Assembly: GCF_006345805.1 (NCBI RefSeq)
Contig: NC_042998.1
Span: 180,978,001 to 181,042,000 of the forward strand
Source: Octopus sinensis
Taxonomy: Eukaryota
Length of the DNA: 64,000 nucleotides
Direction of reading: 5' to 3'
Of the stretch, positions 37,581 through 51,569 are shown in pieces; position 1 is the first letter of the stretch; each line of letters opens with the position of its first letter. The position numbers and the translations under genes are program-made. The notes under the pieces are model-generated. The model ran no database searches and was not told the origin of the DNA. It saw only the letters and a list, made by a program, of their open reading frames with translations.

Positions 37581-38666
37581 CAGGGTGGGGCAGAGAGAAC
37601 GGACGCTTTTGAAATGGTTATTACTCAGCCCCAGGGATGAGGGAGAGCATATGTCCGACAGGTACCACTCGATCCGTGGTATCTTAGCTTTTTTGTTTTC
37701 TTGTCAGGTGAAGCCATGGCGCTGTGGAGGTTAGAGCATCGCGTGTTTGCCTACTACAGTTACGTGAAGAATAACGAGTCTGTCACAGCAGTTCAGCGTG
37801 AGTTTCGGCGCCACTTCAACAATCACCGAAATCAGGCTGTTCCCAACCATAACACAATCTTACGTTGGGTGAATGGATTTCGTACACGAAGTACACTAAT
37901 GAATAGGGCGCCACGAACGGTACGGACACCGGAAAATGTGAAATGCGTCAGACAAACTTTGATACGGTGTCCGAATCTCTCTGCTCGGGGGCATTCCACT
38001 GAACTTGGCATCGGTAATCGATCGGTAAGATGTATCTTACATGAAGACCTGCATTTCCACCCGTATAAATTGAAACTATGAGACTATGCAAAGTGGCTTA
38101 ACTTCGCACGTCAGATGGAAGCAATTTTAGAGGCAAATGACAACCTCGTTTTGTTAATGATTCATGAAGCTCATTTTCATCTCAATAGCACGGTGAATCA
38201 TCAGAACTGCCGTTATTGGGCTCTTGAAAATCCGAGAGAACTGCACGAAAAATCACTGCACAGTCCAAATGTGATGGTCTGGTGAACTGTTGGTGAACGT
38301 CATTGGTCCTTCAAGTTTTGAAGACGATAATGAAAATGCTCTTACTGTGAACTTCAAGCGTTACATCGAGATGATAAACAACTTCTTTGTGCCTGAATTT
38401 CGGTGAAAACGTATACCTATTTGATGTGTGTGATTTCAGCAAGATGGGGCGACGCCCCACACAGCGAGAACTTCAATGGACGTTCTTCACCCTCTCTTCG
38501 GTGACCGCCTCATTTCCAGATTTGCTGACATTTCTTGGCACCCCTCAGTCCCCTGACTTGTCCATGTGTTTAATACAAACTCATCAAAGTCAGTAAAACT
38601 TTTTGCATCTAAAATTAATGGTTTTGTGAAGTTTTCAAAAACGTCCGTCCTCTCTGCTCCACCCTC
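37581..38666 (+). mobile_element. Tc1/mariner transposon (rosa/DD41D-like), both TIRs present, defective transposase
   Basis: TIR CAGGGTGGGGCAGAGAGAACGGACGCTTTTGAAA and its inverse, TA flanks; AVQREFRRHF..ILRWV, HPYK, EAHFHL..QNCRYW, QQDGATPHTA, SPDLS; stops and frameshifts. Confidence 0.9.
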
Positions 38667-39059
38667 TAATACCCTAAATATTGTCTTTAACGTTAGACAG
38701 TTCCAGATCTAGAGTTAAGGTTGCAGGATAAATTGAAGTTGCAGAATAATTTCATAAATTAAATGCACCTTCGAAACCAATTTTCTGTCATTATTTGAAA
38801 GCCTTTGAGACAATGGATTTAAATTCACTTTGTAAAATCTTAATCTTAATATTTAAATTATTTACCCTTGTTTGTTGATTTTGTTGTCGAACAACATACA
38901 CGTATGAAGATTCTAACTAGAAGTGTGTTCTGCAAGAACTGATTTCAGAAAACTAAGACGTTAAACCTGCACCAACTTTTTTTTCCATAGGTTTTGCTGT
39001 TGTGTTTCCAATGCCTTTAAGTACTATGATCTAGATAATTTATCCGTTAACAAGGTAAA

Positions 39060-39260
39060 CTATTTAATCTGAATCGTTTCGAAGCTAAATCTTAAATCTT
39101 TATTAATTTTGTTCATGATCTATTGTATGCTGACGATTGTAAACTTGTAACTCAGTTTCAACAAGATATTCAGAAAATAATGAAACTCTTTTGTATTTCA
39201 GTTTACAATAAGCCAAAAAAGAAAAACCTAGATAGGTTTGCACATACTCCAAGAGAGACG
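39060..39260 (+). pseudogene. LINE RT fragment (YADD)
   Basis: HDLLYADDCKLVTQFQQDIQKIMKLF. Confidence 0.6.
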
Positions 39261-40859
39261 TATGTCGAATCAAGTATACTTGTAGGAGATAGAAAGTTAT
39301 GTGACAATACTACAATTGCTAAAAGACCTCTTTAGCAGTGGAGATATTTAAATACATGTTGTTTTCCCCTTAGACAAAGAATAAGCGCCCGAAACATCGC
39401 ATGTTATAATCATTACGGCAGATGCATTCATTGCAATATATTTTAATCTACGAACTTTTGTCAATCCCTAACAACGCCAGTCACTCTGAATTCCGGGTCT
39501 TACTATATCAATTGTCCGTACTGTAGTCCGAGTACGAGCATACTTCTATCAGGTCCTTCATTAACCAGGTAGAAAATTAATTCACTAAATTATTATCCAC
39601 AATAACTTCATAATGCCACTTTCACAGCTGAATTGTTTATAAATTTAATATATATGTGTCCATTTTTGTATATAGTTATGCAACAACTATCAGAAAGGCA
39701 GATGCATGTACACTCCAAATCTAGATGGCGTACACAATTTTAGAAAACGTGTATAAAATCAGTGTACCAAATATGTTTAGAAACATATATTCCAAGCAAT
39801 TGAGACAAGATTCTTGACTTCAAAAGGATACGAAATTTATCATTAGAAGTATCATCAGATTTTATTTTTCAGTTATTTCAAGTTCCATATATACTGTTGG
39901 AGGGAGGTGGAGAGGTTTTGTAATGAGGAAAGTTAGATCCAATATAAAATATATAACACAACGTAGTACTACCTCAGTGAATATTTAGGTTTTGATAAAT
40001 AAATAAAGACATATAAATATATTTAAATACCCATCCACTTATTACCAATCTCCCTTTCTCTCGCTTTTTCTCTCTCTTTTCTCTCTCTCTCTCTATCTAT
40101 TTCCCTCTTTATAAACACACGCATGCATACATACATACATACATACATACATACATTCATACATACATACACACGTTCTTGCGAATGCATACACATATAA
40201 GTGTATGTTTGTATTCGAATCTGCATATTCGATTTTCCAGTCATTCGAACGATTATTTGTCAAAAGAAACTTTATCACATTCAAGTAAATGTCAACAATT
40301 TTGATGGCTTTTACGTTTCATTACAATTTTTAAACGAGTATGTTGTATGCCGTTCAATCGAAAGGTCACGTTTTACATGCATGCGTTACTACAGAGTCTA
40401 ATAAGCATTACGATAATACACTTCACCATGCTCCAGCTTTGCGAGAATATGCACATTCATCCGCAAAATTTCATTTAAAATATTTCTTGAAGGTAACATT
40501 TATTTTTGTATAAGAATATGAAATGCATGTGTAATTTTGTAAATAAACAATGATAAATAAATATTGTTGAATAAAAAAAAAACATGATAGGTAATAGTAA
40601 TATTTTCCTTAAATATTAAATATATGTAATATATATAATCATATATTCAATATAAATATATTTATTCAAAATTTGACATATTCGCATATACGAATATACA
40701 TATGCATATGTATTTACAAATATATATATACTCGCGAGGGTGTATGAAAAGTCTTGAGCCTCATAAAAACAAAACATGGTACAAGACTTCTGATGAAGGT
40801 ACAAGACTTGACTTCAAGGCTCAAAGGCTAAAACATATAAGAGAATAAAAGAATAAAAG

Positions 40860-40921
40860 ACTATATATATACATATATATATATTCGTATATTCCATACC
40901 ATATAAATATATGTATATCTA

Positions 40922-40968
<47 letters not shown>

Positions 40969-41081
40969 ATGTGTGTGTGTGCCTCTGTGTGTGTGTAGAA
41001 TACGTACATTCACATTTTATATAGGTTCATATATATATTTATATATTTGTATGTGATATATATTTGCATATATATATATAT

Positions 41082-41163
<82 letters not shown>

Positions 41164-41545
41164 GTGTCTGTGGTGTGTGTGTGTTCGTTTGTATATACAT
41201 ATGCATGTATATTTTAGAATATATGCAAAATGCATGTGTTTTGTATGTTTTGTATCTTCACACATAGAAAGACATAAAGAAAGGAAAGCAAGGCAGGGTG
41301 GAAGAAAGTATAGTTTATATAAATGTATGTCAGTATGTGTATGTGCGTGTTCGTTTGTACATGCATAAATTTCATGGGGATCTATTGTATGTATATTCAT
41401 ACTACACACACACACACACACACATACACACACATACACACATACACACATACACAACACATACACAAACAAACGCGTATATTTACATTGTATATATATA
41501 TATATATATATGTATATAATATATATATATATACATATATATATA

Positions 41546-41586
<41 letters not shown>

Positions 41587-41657
41587 AACACATAATATAA
41601 ATATACGCGTTTATTTGTGTGTTTGTATGTGTGTGTAGTATGAATATACATACAATA

Positions 41658-41690
<33 letters not shown>

Positions 41691-41709
41691 TATATATACA
41701 TATATATAC

Positions 41710-41798
<89 letters not shown>

Positions 41799-42140
41799 TA
41801 CATATATGCATACACATATATAAGCATTTATTATATATACATATATATATGGATGGATATATATATCATTTACATATATATGTATGCACGTGTGTGTGTC
41901 TGTATTACATATATATGTATATTATATATATATATGCGTATTACACATGTATATATATTATATATACATATACATATACATATATATACATACATGTATG
42001 TATGTATGTACGTATGTATGTATGTATGTATCTATGTATTATGTATGTCTGTATGTATTTATGTATGTGTATGTGTATGTGTATGTATGTATGCACGTAA
42101 ATATGTGTGTGTATGTATGCTATGTATGTATGTAGATATA
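40860..42140. repeat. Long compound TA/CA/GATA/TATG microsatellite region
   Basis: Direct reading. Confidence 0.92.
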
Positions 42141-42627
42141 GAAAGAGAAAAGCAGAAAGGGATGCAAGAAATGAATGAAGAGAAAATATTTACAGAATAC
42201 GCGGAAATGTGAAATACACTTTATTCGACAGCCATACATTCTGACATTGACGAAGAAGGTCAGTGTTGAATGTAATTCATCAATGAAGATATGCTATCTG
42301 ATGAGAGAAAAGGTTTTATTTTTTTTCGACGTACATTTTAGAAATTCGCCAGATAACAAAGAGAAAGTTAAGAGGGATATTGGCCGTGTTACAATCTCTT
42401 GAGAATGCCCAAAGGTTTAATAGAAAGAACACTTTAACGAGGCAATTCAGCTTCTTATATATCCCTATTGTCAAGCACTTTCAACGATAACGTTTTAGTA
42501 CCTCTTTATAGAAAGTGGGAGAACATATTCTCTGTATAAAGTTCGATTTGATTCGTGGAATCTCTTGCCAATGAGATTTCAATTGTTATTGTCATTGTTA
42601 CCTCGTGTGAAATATCAGAGGTTTTCT

Positions 42628-42699
<72 letters not shown>

Positions 42700-43499
42700 T
42701 TGAGGTGGAAGAGAAGGCCGTATAAATGTAGATAGTGTTGCTCTTTTTTGCTCTGTCTTGTTATTTCTTGTTTGTACAATAGTACCATTTTTTTAAAGGG
42801 AATAGTATAATCGATCAAATGGACAGTAGTATATATTACTACTAATGTTATTTTTCCCTGAAGTTCAGAAAGAAGCAAGTCAATTGAAAGTTGTATGTGG
42901 AGGAAGGTGAATCTAAGTACCCAAGGCATTTAAATGGTACGCCACCTTCCTGTCACTCTATTACCTTTCTTTTATAATTACGCCTTCCACTTAAGCAGAG
43001 AAACAAAAAAAGAAAATATATGATACATTTTCTTTCAAATACAAGTTTTATTATAAGTACCGAAGCTTTAGCGAGAGCTCCGACATGAAACATAAAGCTT
43101 TGGTAAAACTAAATTTTCGTACAATATTATACACCTTCTGCAGTTGAACTTGAACCCACAAATAGAAATCTTGTACAATACAGTTTACCTGTAAAAAGAA
43201 CGTTTCCTAAGATATTGTGGAGGTTTGCAAACGCTTAAATTGTTTCAAAAATGTGCCGTCAAAGAGCGGATATGGAGTGAGTGTATTTGTCTGGTTTTAG
43301 CCAAGACAGAAATATCCCTTTTTCTCTCAAGCCAAAACGTTTGGTTGGACAGTTGCAGTGAGGTAGGTATGGTAGACAATATCAATAGAAATATAGGGAA
43401 AAATATATGAAAGCGATGACATTAATCAAGGAACATCGCACAAAAAGGCTCACTACAGGAAGAAATCCGTTCCTGACAGACAACTTTAAAGACACAAAG

Positions 43500-44240
43500 A
43501 CGTTCCGCTCGTCAGAGAGGCTGTCTGTTGTCAGCAGTCTCTGAGTAGTGGATTCTGCAGGTCATGGCTAATGATGCACAGACATGCACTGAGGTTGCGA
43601 CATCTCCAGCGTTTCCTTGACAATGAACAGGTGTGATTGCCGTTTGCCCGACATGATTTTCCGTAGTTCGTCTCATTGACGGAGCTACAGTCCTAGATCA
43701 AGCATAGACGGAGAAAGGGCACCTGACAAGTGGAGTATGTGCATACGATCACAGCCATGTGCCAGTAGGACGATGAAATCGGTGAAGTTTCTTTGGGATA
43801 TTAGTGGCCGGCAAGAGTGATGATGTTCTTGGGAATCTCTGGCCATCGGGAGAGATCAATTGGCTGGTTTTCTCGAAGGACCTCCGGGCGTGGGCCTATG
43901 GATGATTTCCAGAAATGCTTGCCCTGGGGTGAGGGTCTCTGTCGATTCGAGACAAGCTCTGCAAGCGCGGAGATGCTGTCAAACTGATCTGTCTGAGATT
44001 TGTGCAGGGCGATGAAACCTTTCTGCATGTATCCCTCTTGGGTCCGGATATCTCTAGCTTGTGGTGTTTTGTCGAACAGCTCCTCTCACGTATAGGACAG
44101 ACCCAGTTATCGGCCGAGTCCATCGAGAAGTTCGCCCCACCGCCATCTTTTGGCCAGTAAGAGCAGGCAGTTTTTTTTTTTGGTATTTCCACGCAGTAGA
44201 AATTTCCAAACACCATCCACTCGTCTTTGGTTGGCGTTTC
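43500..44240 (+). mobile_element. L1/Tx1-like LINE ORF2 C-terminal fragment
   Basis: GPMDDFQK; IRDKLCKRG..ICLRFVQGDETFLH..LWCFVEQLLSR..LSAESIEKFAPPP (degenerate CCHC region); homologous to 46500-47350. Confidence 0.75.
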
Positions 44241-44380
44241 AACCCGCCACTTTTAACGCCGAAGCAACGCTAAGTTCCTGAGCATCGATTAGTTTAGACA
44301 ATAACGTTGTACCGCAACATTTAATTTCGTTTCATTCTCTTTGAGTATGATTATCCATCTTCAATTATTTCTCTATGCAG

Positions 44381-44407
44381 CTCAAATCTTTCTGTGCCTT
44401 GAGTTAC
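44381..44407 (+). CDS. Candidate 27-nt microexon
   Basis: tttctctatgcag acceptor, C|gtaagt donor; open in phase 0 (LKSFCALSY) and phase 1 (QIFLCLEL). Confidence 0.4.
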
Positions 44408-44730
44408 GTAAGTAAACGAAAATTGTTGACTTAACTATCTGGCGTGTATCTGGATAACACTTTTTAGTATATATTTGGCTTTGCTACTGTTACTTCGTTT
44501 GACAGTGATGGAGTGGATGGCCACAGTTACGATGCTGTTGTCAGTTATTAAAGAGGCTGATTTTGAGTTGGTGACAGTCGGTTGCTATGGTGAAATTGGT
44601 GCCGGTGACGGTGGTAGTCATGGTGCTACTGCTGTTGCCATCACTCTTACGCGTTGCCATAGTAGCAGTGACGGTGGTAGTGTTAGACAGGTTGTTGTCC
44701 TTATTTCTGTGTGTGAGTGTGTGAATGAGT

Positions 44731-44769
<39 letters not shown>

Positions 44770-46269
44770 GCGTGCGTAGCATGTTGTTATTGCTGCTGCC
44801 GCTGTCGTTGCGGCTTCATGCTGGGTTCACAGTGGGATTAGAGGTAGAGACTTGTGGGGAAATCCCTTTTTATAGTTGCCATTAGCTTCTTTTTCCCATC
44901 CGTACCCTCCATTTGCAACACCTTGTTTGTTTTTGGCTTATAAAGGTTAAATGCAAAGAACAAATAGCATATTTTTGCCCCGAAAAGTCAAAACGGAATC
45001 GGAAAGACCACTTCTTAAGGATTCAGGTCAGTCTTGTAACAATGCAGAACAATAGTTTTAACAATGCATTTTTTAAAAACATTAATGAAAAAGAAACAAA
45101 ATTTTCTAACGGTATAAATTGGTGTCTTGTAGATACAAAAGCATAATAATAATCCTTTCTAGTTTAGGTACAAGGCTTAAAATGTGGTGGGAGGGGACTT
45201 GTTGATTAGATTAACAAAGGACAAAGGGCTGAATTTGACCCAGAGCCTGAAGAAACTCCGCTAAGCATTTTGTCCGGAATGCTAACGACTTAGCCAACTC
45301 ACTAATAACAAGCAATAATAAACTTTTACTCTTTTTTTTTCGAACTTAATGTATTTTCTTTTCTCTCCATTCTTTAAAAGTAAATGTTAAAATTTTGAAC
45401 ATCACTTACATTGCAAATCCTTATTTAGAATTAATGATTTTCTTCTTCATTTTTCCGAATTGAGTTCGTTTTCCCCTCTCTTTTCTTGAACCAGAGTTTC
45501 TTTGCCTACTACAGATTTTAATCGTATGCCCTTTCGCTCAGTCCTGAACAAGCCTGATAAACCTTTACTTAATAATATGCTTCAGAACAGCTTTACCTAT
45601 ATTGTTATCATCTTCAACCTCTTTTAAGAAATTCTATAATCTATTCCCTGTGGGAACACCTATATCAGCAATAACGTGTTGAAATCCACCCCCACCCCCA
45701 GAAACCAGATTTCTCTCTAAATGTCTCAACTACATTAACGGATTTTTTTTTCCATTCCTCTCATGAGCTTCACATTACTCTATCGGCCAACTGTAAGCAG
45801 CTAACCTTTTTGTTTTCTATTTTTGTATTCTCTTCATTCTCATCAATATTTCTAGTTCTAATAGCTGTTTCTTTTTTGAATTTTTTTTTCCTCTCAGTAA
45901 TCGCGAATCGTGTTCCAACGCTGTCAGCAGACTCTTATCAAACACAGTGTCAAATTTTTTGTCTCCAGTGTCTAGTTTTGTTCGTGCAGAAAGAAGAGAT
46001 TTAAATGTGTGATAATACCTCTTTTCAACGATTTCCCAATTAATTGGGTAGTAAAAGTAGCCTGTACACCTTTTATTCCTCTCCATAGAAGATTTCTGGT
46101 TAGAAAACAATGGTCTTTAATATCCATATTCTTCTGACCTCTCATTTTTGATTGTATTGTTTTCATTTTTGCTGTGACAATTGTGTTGTTCTTTAAGAGG
46201 TTCTATATGGAGATGTTGTGAAACAAGAAGTACAAGACTAACAACAACAACAATAGTAATTATTAGTTT

Positions 46270-47860
46270 GTTTTTTTTTGCTACAAGGGCTGCACACTAG
46301 AACGAAGGACGATACAACACAAAAGACTGGGGATTTACATATAGTGCGTGTAAAGAGTGAAAACAATAACAATCAGCAATAAAAATTCGAATAATGAAAT
46401 TCCCCAAAAGGAGGGAAGCTCCAAACAGGGGCGACCAAGGAACTTCACTCATCTTAGACACCTCAGATGTCAAGGGCACCTCGGGTGGGCACCATTCCCT
46501 TCTCCATTCATTCAGTCCTACAGGCGCATGTTCATAGTAGGCTCATTCCCACTGCCGCATTTACCCACTTTCAGCAAAATTACTGGCGGGCAACATTTCC
46601 CTCTCCACCATCACTTTCCTTTTCAAGTTGAACTTTAAACAGTCGAAGATGTTTTGACCGAAGAGGAAGGTGTCTGTCTGCACCCTTTCAACCTCACCCA
46701 CAACACTACGTCTTTCGCTACAGTACCACACTGAAGAAAAATGTCTGCCCTACCCGACCAAAAGAGGTTGTTGGAGCGTTCTTCACGATAGATTCAGTTG
46801 ATCGCCGGGTCCGTCCTGCATGAAGACAACAGCTGTTCGACAAAGCTCCACCGTTCAGCATTGCCCGGATACGAGACCAATACATTCAGAACGGTTTCAT
46901 TGCCCTGCACACATCTCAGATAAGTCTGTCTGACAGTACCTCCGTGCCTGCAGAGATTTATGGAACCGACAAAGCTCCCCACCCCCGGCAGCACAGCCAC
47001 GCCAGGGATTTCTGGAAATTATCCATAGTCCCCCGCCCGAAGGTCCGCCACTTGCTCTCTCCCGACATCCAGGGCTTCTCAGAGGGAATCATCGCTCTTG
47101 CGAACCACTAACTAAAGAACTCAAGTGTGATACTTCCACCGACCGGATTGCCTGACAGTCTTAAGGGCTGTGAACACTTGCTGACACTCCATGTATCTAC
47201 GCCTCGGTCTACGCTTGATCCAGGACTGTAGCTCCGTCAATGTAGCTGAGGAAAATTGTGTCTGACAAACGGGGACTACCTTGCTCTCCGTAAACGAAAC
47301 TCTGGAGATGCCGCAGCACAGTGCTTGTCTGCGCATCATTAACCACAACCCACCAAGTCTGCGGCTACTGACAGCAGATGGACCGTCCAACGATCGAAGC
47401 ACATCCCTTCCTCAAAAAACAGAAGAGCAAGCGCTCCAGCTTGATTGGTAACACAGAAGAGCAATGGACAATTGTCAGGGACCACTTCCTCTCTGCCCAT
47501 TTCTGGGTGAGACTAACCACCCTGGTACTGGTGCTTGCTGCTGAAGTTGTTCGATGGAACTCTCCTGCTGCTCCTTCTGTTGATGCTGTTTTTGCTTTGG
47601 ATGTCGTTGCTCTTGTCACTGATTGTGTTTGTGGTGTTCTTGTGGGTGTTGCTGCTGTTGCTTTTGATGCTTTTGTTGTTGTTGTTGTTGCTTCCCTACT
47701 ATGCATGGTGCAGAAAGTCTTTAAGTGTTTTGCCTCACTGCGGATGCGTCACCTCGGCTTTCTGCCCTTGACTGCTATGAATAACTGTGTAGCATTAAGG
47801 GAGGCGGGTGATCAGGTCATGGATGACTTCTATATTGGTATCGTCGTGTATCAATAATTC
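46270..47860 (-). mobile_element. Internally deleted L1/Tx1-like LINE with poly(A) tail
   Basis: ORF1 remnant VKGRKPR*RIRSEAKHLKTFC and low-complexity tail joined to ORF2 3' end (MDNFQKSLAW, QGNETVL, FVEQLLS), 3'UTR, A-tail at about 46270-46280. Confidence 0.75.
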
Positions 47861-48324
47861 TATTTCCGTGCCTAACGAATTTTTTTTCCCATTTCATGCA
47901 CTTGGAGAACTGTTGTTTTATTCTCTATGCCGTATAAAACATCTACCACCAGCAAAGAGATGTCCACTTCCGGTGGTAGCCCTGCTACCTTTATTTTAAC
48001 CACACTCCGACACTTAGAATGTCGGAATTAGCCACAATTCTTCACTTTTTAGAGTTATCACTGCACTCTCTTTAGCATTTTCTTCAGTTGAAAAACTCAC
48101 CTCAACTGTACCAAAGCGTCTCCCACGTGCCACATAATTTTCTATCCCCCAGAGTCGCCTTATGCCTTTTTCGTTCCGGGTCTGCATCACTTGCTCTAGT
48201 TGCCTGTTTTTATTTCGTTGAAATACATTTTTATATAATAGCTTTATTCTTAGGATCTTCCTGTATTTCCTCTGGTGTGTTTACCATTCTTTGTTAAGCA
48301 TTATTTGACTTCACTTAACATGTA

Positions 48325-48530
48325 GTGGTGGTGCTTTCAAATTTTAGAACAAGCCCAACAATTTCGGGATGCGAAATAAGTTGATTATATCGACCCCAGT
48401 GTTCAACTGGTACTTATTTTATCGATCCCGAAGTCGACTTCGCTGGAATTTGAACGCAAAATGTAAAGCCGGAAGAAATGTCGTTACGCATTTTATCTGG
48501 TGTGCTACAGACTGTGCCAGCTCACCACAT
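48325..48530 (-). mobile_element. SINE family S2 remnant
   Basis: GATTATATCGACCCCAGTGTTCAACTGGTACTTATTTTATCGATCCCGAA. Confidence 0.75.
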
Positions 48531-48544
48531 AAATAATAACAAGA

Positions 48545-48563
48545 ATGATGATGATGATGATGA

Positions 48564-48597
<34 letters not shown>

Positions 48598-49130
48598 CAA
48601 CAACAACAACAACAGCAACAAAGGCAACAAAAGCAACAACCACAGTAGCAACCACAACAAATAACTGTGACGAGATGATAATGACTGGTGATGGTGGCGG
48701 TGGTAATGGGGATTAGGGTAGGGGACGATGATGACGGTGAGGAGGTGCAGAAGAAGAAGAAGAAGAAGAAGAAGAGGAGGAGGAGGAGAAAGCAGAAGAC
48801 GAGGAGACGAAGGAGGAGAAGAAGAAAAAGAGGAGGGAGAAAAACGAAAAGGAGGAAAGAGGAGGGAGAAAGAATAGAAAAAGAAGAGAAGGGAGGAGGA
48901 AAAGACGAAAAGGAGGAATGTAGAGGAGAAGAGAATGGGAGGAGGGGAGGAAGGATAGAGGAGGAGGATGAAGTAGAAGAGAGGTGAAGAGGAGGGGGAG
49001 GTAAAAGAGAAGGGGGAGGAAGAAGAAGAAAAAGGAGGAGGAGGAAAAAGGAGGAGGAGGAGGAGAGGAGGAGAAGAAGAAGAAGAAGAAGAAGAAGAAG
49101 AAGAAGAAGAAGAAGAAGAAGAAGAACGTA
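48545..49130. repeat. (GAT)/(CAA) then ~400-bp polypurine (GAA/GGA) tract
   Basis: Direct reading. Confidence 0.92.
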
Positions 49131-49729
49131 ACAGGTACATATACGGAGAATACGAGGGACTGCAATGAATGACAGACAGAAGAGTAAAATATTTAATGTT
49201 CGACAGAGAGAGAGAGAGAGAGAGAGGGGCAGAGGCAGAGACAGAGACAGACAGACAGACAGATACATAGTGAGGTAGAAGCAAGAATGTCTTTGAGATA
49301 GAAGCTCCTATATGTTCTATGACATAATTACATAAATGTTATAACATTTTACACAGAAACCAGGCCTTTTCCCGTGGGTCGTTATTAAGCTTATATTTTT
49401 ATTTATTTTAAACCAGCATGTAAAGCAAAAGCCTATAAACGCAAAAACTGTTCCACTATGGGGTGTAACCAAATTATACGTTATGTTGATTGAGAGGAGG
49501 AAAAATATTTTCCCAGCAAAATCTTTTGTTATTAAAGACTTACATAAATTTTCTAGCATCCAGATTTTTCAACAATCTCACGTTATATTGCCAACACAGC
49601 TTACTTTACTAACAAACCGGGTATCATTTACATCTTAGCCGGTTTCCCGAGTACAAACATAGCAAGGTTATATCAAAACATATCAAAACGCATCCTTCAA
49701 AAACTAAAGGTTTTTTTTTTACTTCTTTG

Positions 49730-50290
49730 GATTGAGGCTTCGCTGGGGGAGCTGCCTTGAAGGGTTTTAGTAAAAGGAATCGACCCTAGTACGTAATGTT
49801 TTTAAATTTGGTACACATTCTATCTGCTTCTTATGATAAGGCGCTAGGCTTCGGATATGTAAACAATCCAATACCGCTTGTGAAGCGAAGGGGAGACAAA
49901 CGCAATGAACCCTTCCCGTGCATGAATTCTTTTATACTTATATTTCTCTCAGTCATTTAACTTCTGCCATCTTGGAGCAGCACCTCAAAAGGTTTTTAGT
50001 CGAAGCGACTAAATTCTTCTTAAGCCGAGTCCTTATTCTACCGGTTTCTTTTGCCGAACTGCTAAGTTACGGGAACGAAAACACACTAACATCAATTGTC
50101 AAGCGAAGGTTGGGGGCAAACACAAGCACACATATAAATCATAAATATGGACACACACACACACACATACACACACACACACACACATATATATATACGC
50201 CAGGCTTCTTTCAGTTTCCGTCTGCCAAATCTACACACTATGCTTTGGTCGGCTCGTGACTGTAATAGAAGTCACTTGCATAAAGTGTCA
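49730..50290 (-). mobile_element. SINE family S1 remnants (two adjacent diverged pieces)
   Basis: CTAAGTTACGGGAACG, GGCTTCTTTCAGTTTCCGTCTGCCAAATC blocks. Confidence 0.7.
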
Positions 50291-50294
50291 AGTA

Positions 50295-51135
50295 TCCGGG
50301 CTGTTGCCATAGTAACGAAGCTAAAGCACGCAGATTGAAACCGCTTGGAACAGATTAACCTCGAACCCTGCTGTACATGCGCAGTAAGTTTTAATATTCT
50401 CGCTCACTTCTGCTGTTTACAGCAGTGCTTAGAAGGAAGGCGTGTAGCGTGTGATCGTCGCATTGACCATGAGAGAGGTGATCATGGCGACACCTGCTCA
50501 GAAGCCTATACAAAGTTGCAGAAAGTGTATGGAAAGGAGTTTATAAGCCGCACACAAGTGTACGAGTGTTTCAGACGTTTCCAAGATGGCCGAAAAATGT
50601 TGATATTGACGAAGGTTCTAGGTGACCCGCAATCAGCAGAGCTGAGAAAAACATCACAGATGTGCGTGCAGCTGTGAGGGGAAATCGTTGAATCGCCATC
50701 CGTGGATTATCAGAGGCGGTGCTGATTAGTTACGGTTCAGTTCAGACCATTATCACTGAGAATTTCAGTATGAAACACGTCTCTGCCAAGTTTGTTCCAA
50801 AACTGTTTTCAGCTGACACTCGGGCTTCAATTGCACAAGATGTCTTTGATTGCGCTGAGAACGATGAAACTTACTGAAAACTTTGCACGAGCTTCTGAGC
50901 AAGTATCGCCAAGCTTTTTGAAAAATTTGATTCTGATTCCCTGCTCAACTTTCTTTGTCATGATCAATGCAACGATCGCACGCATTAAACTTTCATTCCA
51001 AGCACTGCTGTAAAGTGGGGAAGTGAACTTGGACGTTAAAACTTAGCGCGCATGCACAACAGAGTTCACGGTCAATCTTTGCCAAGCGGCTTCACTCAGC
51101 GTGCTTTAGCTTCGTCACTATAGCAACAGACTGGA
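50295..51135 (+). mobile_element. Mariner (irritans-like) element, internally deleted, both TIRs
   Basis: TIRs TCCGGGCTGTTGCCATAGTAACGAAGCTAAAGCACGC / inverse, TA flanks; SEAYTKLQKVYGKEFISRTQVYECFRRFQDGR, VSAKFVPKL. Confidence 0.9.
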
Positions 51136-51167
51136 TACTTATTGATCAGACAACGTATATATTTATA

Positions 51168-51518
51168 GACGCAGGAGTGGCTGTCTGGTAAGAAGCCTAC
51201 TTCCCAACCATAGAGTTCCGGGTTCAATGCATGGCACCCTCGGCAAGTGACTTCTGCTATAGCCTCGTGCCGACCAGTCTTGTGAGTGGATTTAATAGAC
51301 GGAGGGCTGGAAGAAGCCAGTCCGCGTATGTATCGTTGGCAATTTTCTTTCTCTGTCTTTTCTTCCTTGGACCTTTTCTTTTTCTATGTTTCTGACGAAG
51401 AACTCCGCTCGAAACGTTAAATCATCCTTCTTTCTTTCCTTTTCCGTGCGTCCAATAACACTATACTTGTTCCACGCCCTCGCGTTGTTGCGTTTTCTCT
51501 TTATTCATGTTTTGATTA

Positions 51519-51569
<51 letters not shown>

